Source: Enoplolaimus lenunculus (Eukaryota). From it: 64,000 nt of DNA. How positions within the stretch are numbered: the stretch's first letter is position 1; each line of letters opens with the position of its first letter. The notes below the pieces were generated by a model. That model did not search any database, had not been told where the DNA came from, and was given only the letters and a program-made list of their open reading frames with translations. The stretch is from the NCBI GenBank assembly GCA_030248215.1, contig JASANG010000864.1, forward strand, positions 434,001 through 498,000. Direction: 5' to 3'. Below, one piece after another: positions 62,296 through 64,000 of this stretch. Both the position numbers and the translations under genes were made by a program.

Positions 62296-62847
62296 TGAGA
62301 GACTCGAAAAACACAATTTTACCGGCTGTAGAACAACTTGCAAACGTCACCAATTTCGCTTCGTTTGTGACGCTCACGCGTAAACAGACGTGATTTATCC
62401 TCAAACGTAATTCAAATCCAGTCTCTCTTCCTGATGACAAGACGAGCAGTTGGTAGTGGCAGGCGCCGAAAAAAACCAAAAAATATCGGATCTTGATTTA
62501 GAATCAGCCAATCGTTAACGGTAGGGTCTATAAGGCAGTTTCTGAAGCTGAGAATAACGAACACAATTTCGGGAGAACGGATACGCTCAACACCATTCTC
62601 ATTACATCTGCCCTTGTTTGCAATAAGGCTATACACTGCGTGGGTCTTGATTTCATTGTTCGTTTGTCTTCTTTCAATTGGCGAATGTAAAGAACAGCGG
62701 CCGAACAGTTTCAGGTCGTTCTCTTTGGTCGGGTTTCTACATTCGTACTTAAGTATGTATTATAGCGCGTTGGTGGTAAAATAACCCTGTATGCTGCGAT
62801 GTCAATTGTATACAGGCAAAGAGTAATTAATTCGCATTTGAGGTCCA

Positions 62848-63285
62848 TGCAGCGATCAGAGGCGGAACGTTTTTCTGCGGGACTGTAATAGAGTAAACTA
62901 AAGGTTTTTAGCCTAATTTCTGTGATTAGGCTTAAGCCAACGCTTAGGCTTAGGTATAAGCTCATTGTTACCCCTAGGCTTAGGCTTAGGTATAAGCTCA
63001 TTGTTACCCCTAGGCTTAGGCTTAGGTATAAGCTCATTGTTACCCCTAGGCTTAGGTATAAGCTCATTGTTACCCCTAGGCTTAGGCATAAGCTCATTGT
63101 TACCCCTAGGCTTAGGCTTAGGTATAAGCTCCTTGTTACCCCAAGGTTTAGGCGTAGGTATAAGCTCATTGTTACCCCTAGGCTTAGGCGTAGCTATAAG
63201 CTCATTGTTACCCCTAGGCTTACGCTTAGGTATAACCTCATTGTTACCCCTAGGTTTAGGCTTAGGAATATGCTTATATTACTGT
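62848..63285 (-). mobile_element. MITE family A with ~9 tandem 30-36 bp internal units
   Basis: Family A left end GATCAGAGGCGGAACGTTTTTCTG; unit TTAGG(CTTAGG)TATAAGCTCATTGTTACCCCTAGGC. Confidence 0.75.
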
Positions 63286-63656
63286 TGTATGGCTGTATTG
63301 ATATTTTCTTCACAGGAACCTACTTTTACAGCACAACCCAATATTCTATCGTTGTAACATTCTCATTATGGCACCAGATTTAAGAAACTGGCGAAAATTT
63401 ATGCATACTTTATAAATAAAAATTTTGACCCACCATGTAAAACTATGGGTCTGTTTAACTTGAGATAAACACATTCGTCCTTGCGGTGTCAACCCTAAAT
63501 TAAATTTAGAAATTTGAATTTGTTTTCAGTTTTATGCAAAATTGGCACGTATGCACACTTGTTAAACGTTTCCAAATGGTCATAAAAATTTCAAAATCAA
63601 TGACACAGCAGTTATTAATTGTGAGTCTGAATGATACTTTAGCTTTTAGACAAACT

Positions 63657-63965
63657 GGCCCATGTAAAAAGATCCAGGGTGGAACGGTTTTCTGTGGGAC
63701 TAGAAAAGAGTAAGTTTAAGCTTTAGAAGAATTTTTTTGCTTTGCTTAGGCTTAGGCTTAGGAATATACTCATTCTTACGCTTAGGCTTAGGCGTAGGCT
63801 TAGGAATATGCTCATTCTTACGCTTAGGCTTAGGCTTAAGAATATGCTCATTCTTAGGCTTAGGAATATGCGCATTCTTACGCTTAGGCTTAGGAATATG
63901 CTCATTCTTACGCTTAGGCTTAGGCTGAGGAATATGCTCATTCTTATGCTTAGGCTTAGGCTTAG
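63657..63965 (-). mobile_element. MITE family A (one end truncated), internal tandem units
   Basis: TIR GGCCCATGTAAAAAGATCCAGGGTGGAAC; repeated AATATGCTCATTCTTACGC(TTAGGC)n. Confidence 0.75.
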
Positions 63966-64000
63966 AACTTCATTAAATTCTATCATTCTGTATATACCAG

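Overview
Eukaryotic, AT-rich, repeat-dense window, almost certainly from a nematode (TTAGGC telomere-type hexamers throughout, TTTCAG 3' splice sites, a cuticlin gene). Two spliced genes were reconstructed by hand with GT-AG introns and consistent phases. (1) A 9-exon, ~1054-aa cuticlin/ZP-domain type-I membrane protein (10652-21042, +) carrying an unusual ~2-kb Thr-rich/Gln-His-rich exon partitioned by polybasic furin-type sites. (2) A 3-exon, 268-aa protein (31577-34868, +) with a Ser/Gly-rich N-terminus and two C-terminal TM helices, preceded by a uORF whose stop overlaps its start (ATGA). There is also evidence for the 3' end of a third, minus-strand gene (35610-36668). One of its exons lies in a ~540-bp inverted duplication whose other copy is at ~22.3-22.9 kb. 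The rest is a dense set of non-autonomous TIR elements (MITEs): two GGCC-ended, 8-bp-TSD families that carry variable TTAGGC arrays, a piggyBac-like family carrying a tRNA-derived segment, and Tc1/mariner-like, hAT-like and PIF/Harbinger-like families, plus microsatellites. Most entries in the ORF track are repeat artefacts. No transposase ORF, rRNA or CRISPR array was seen. Superfamily and protein-family assignments come from motif recognition only; no searches were run.
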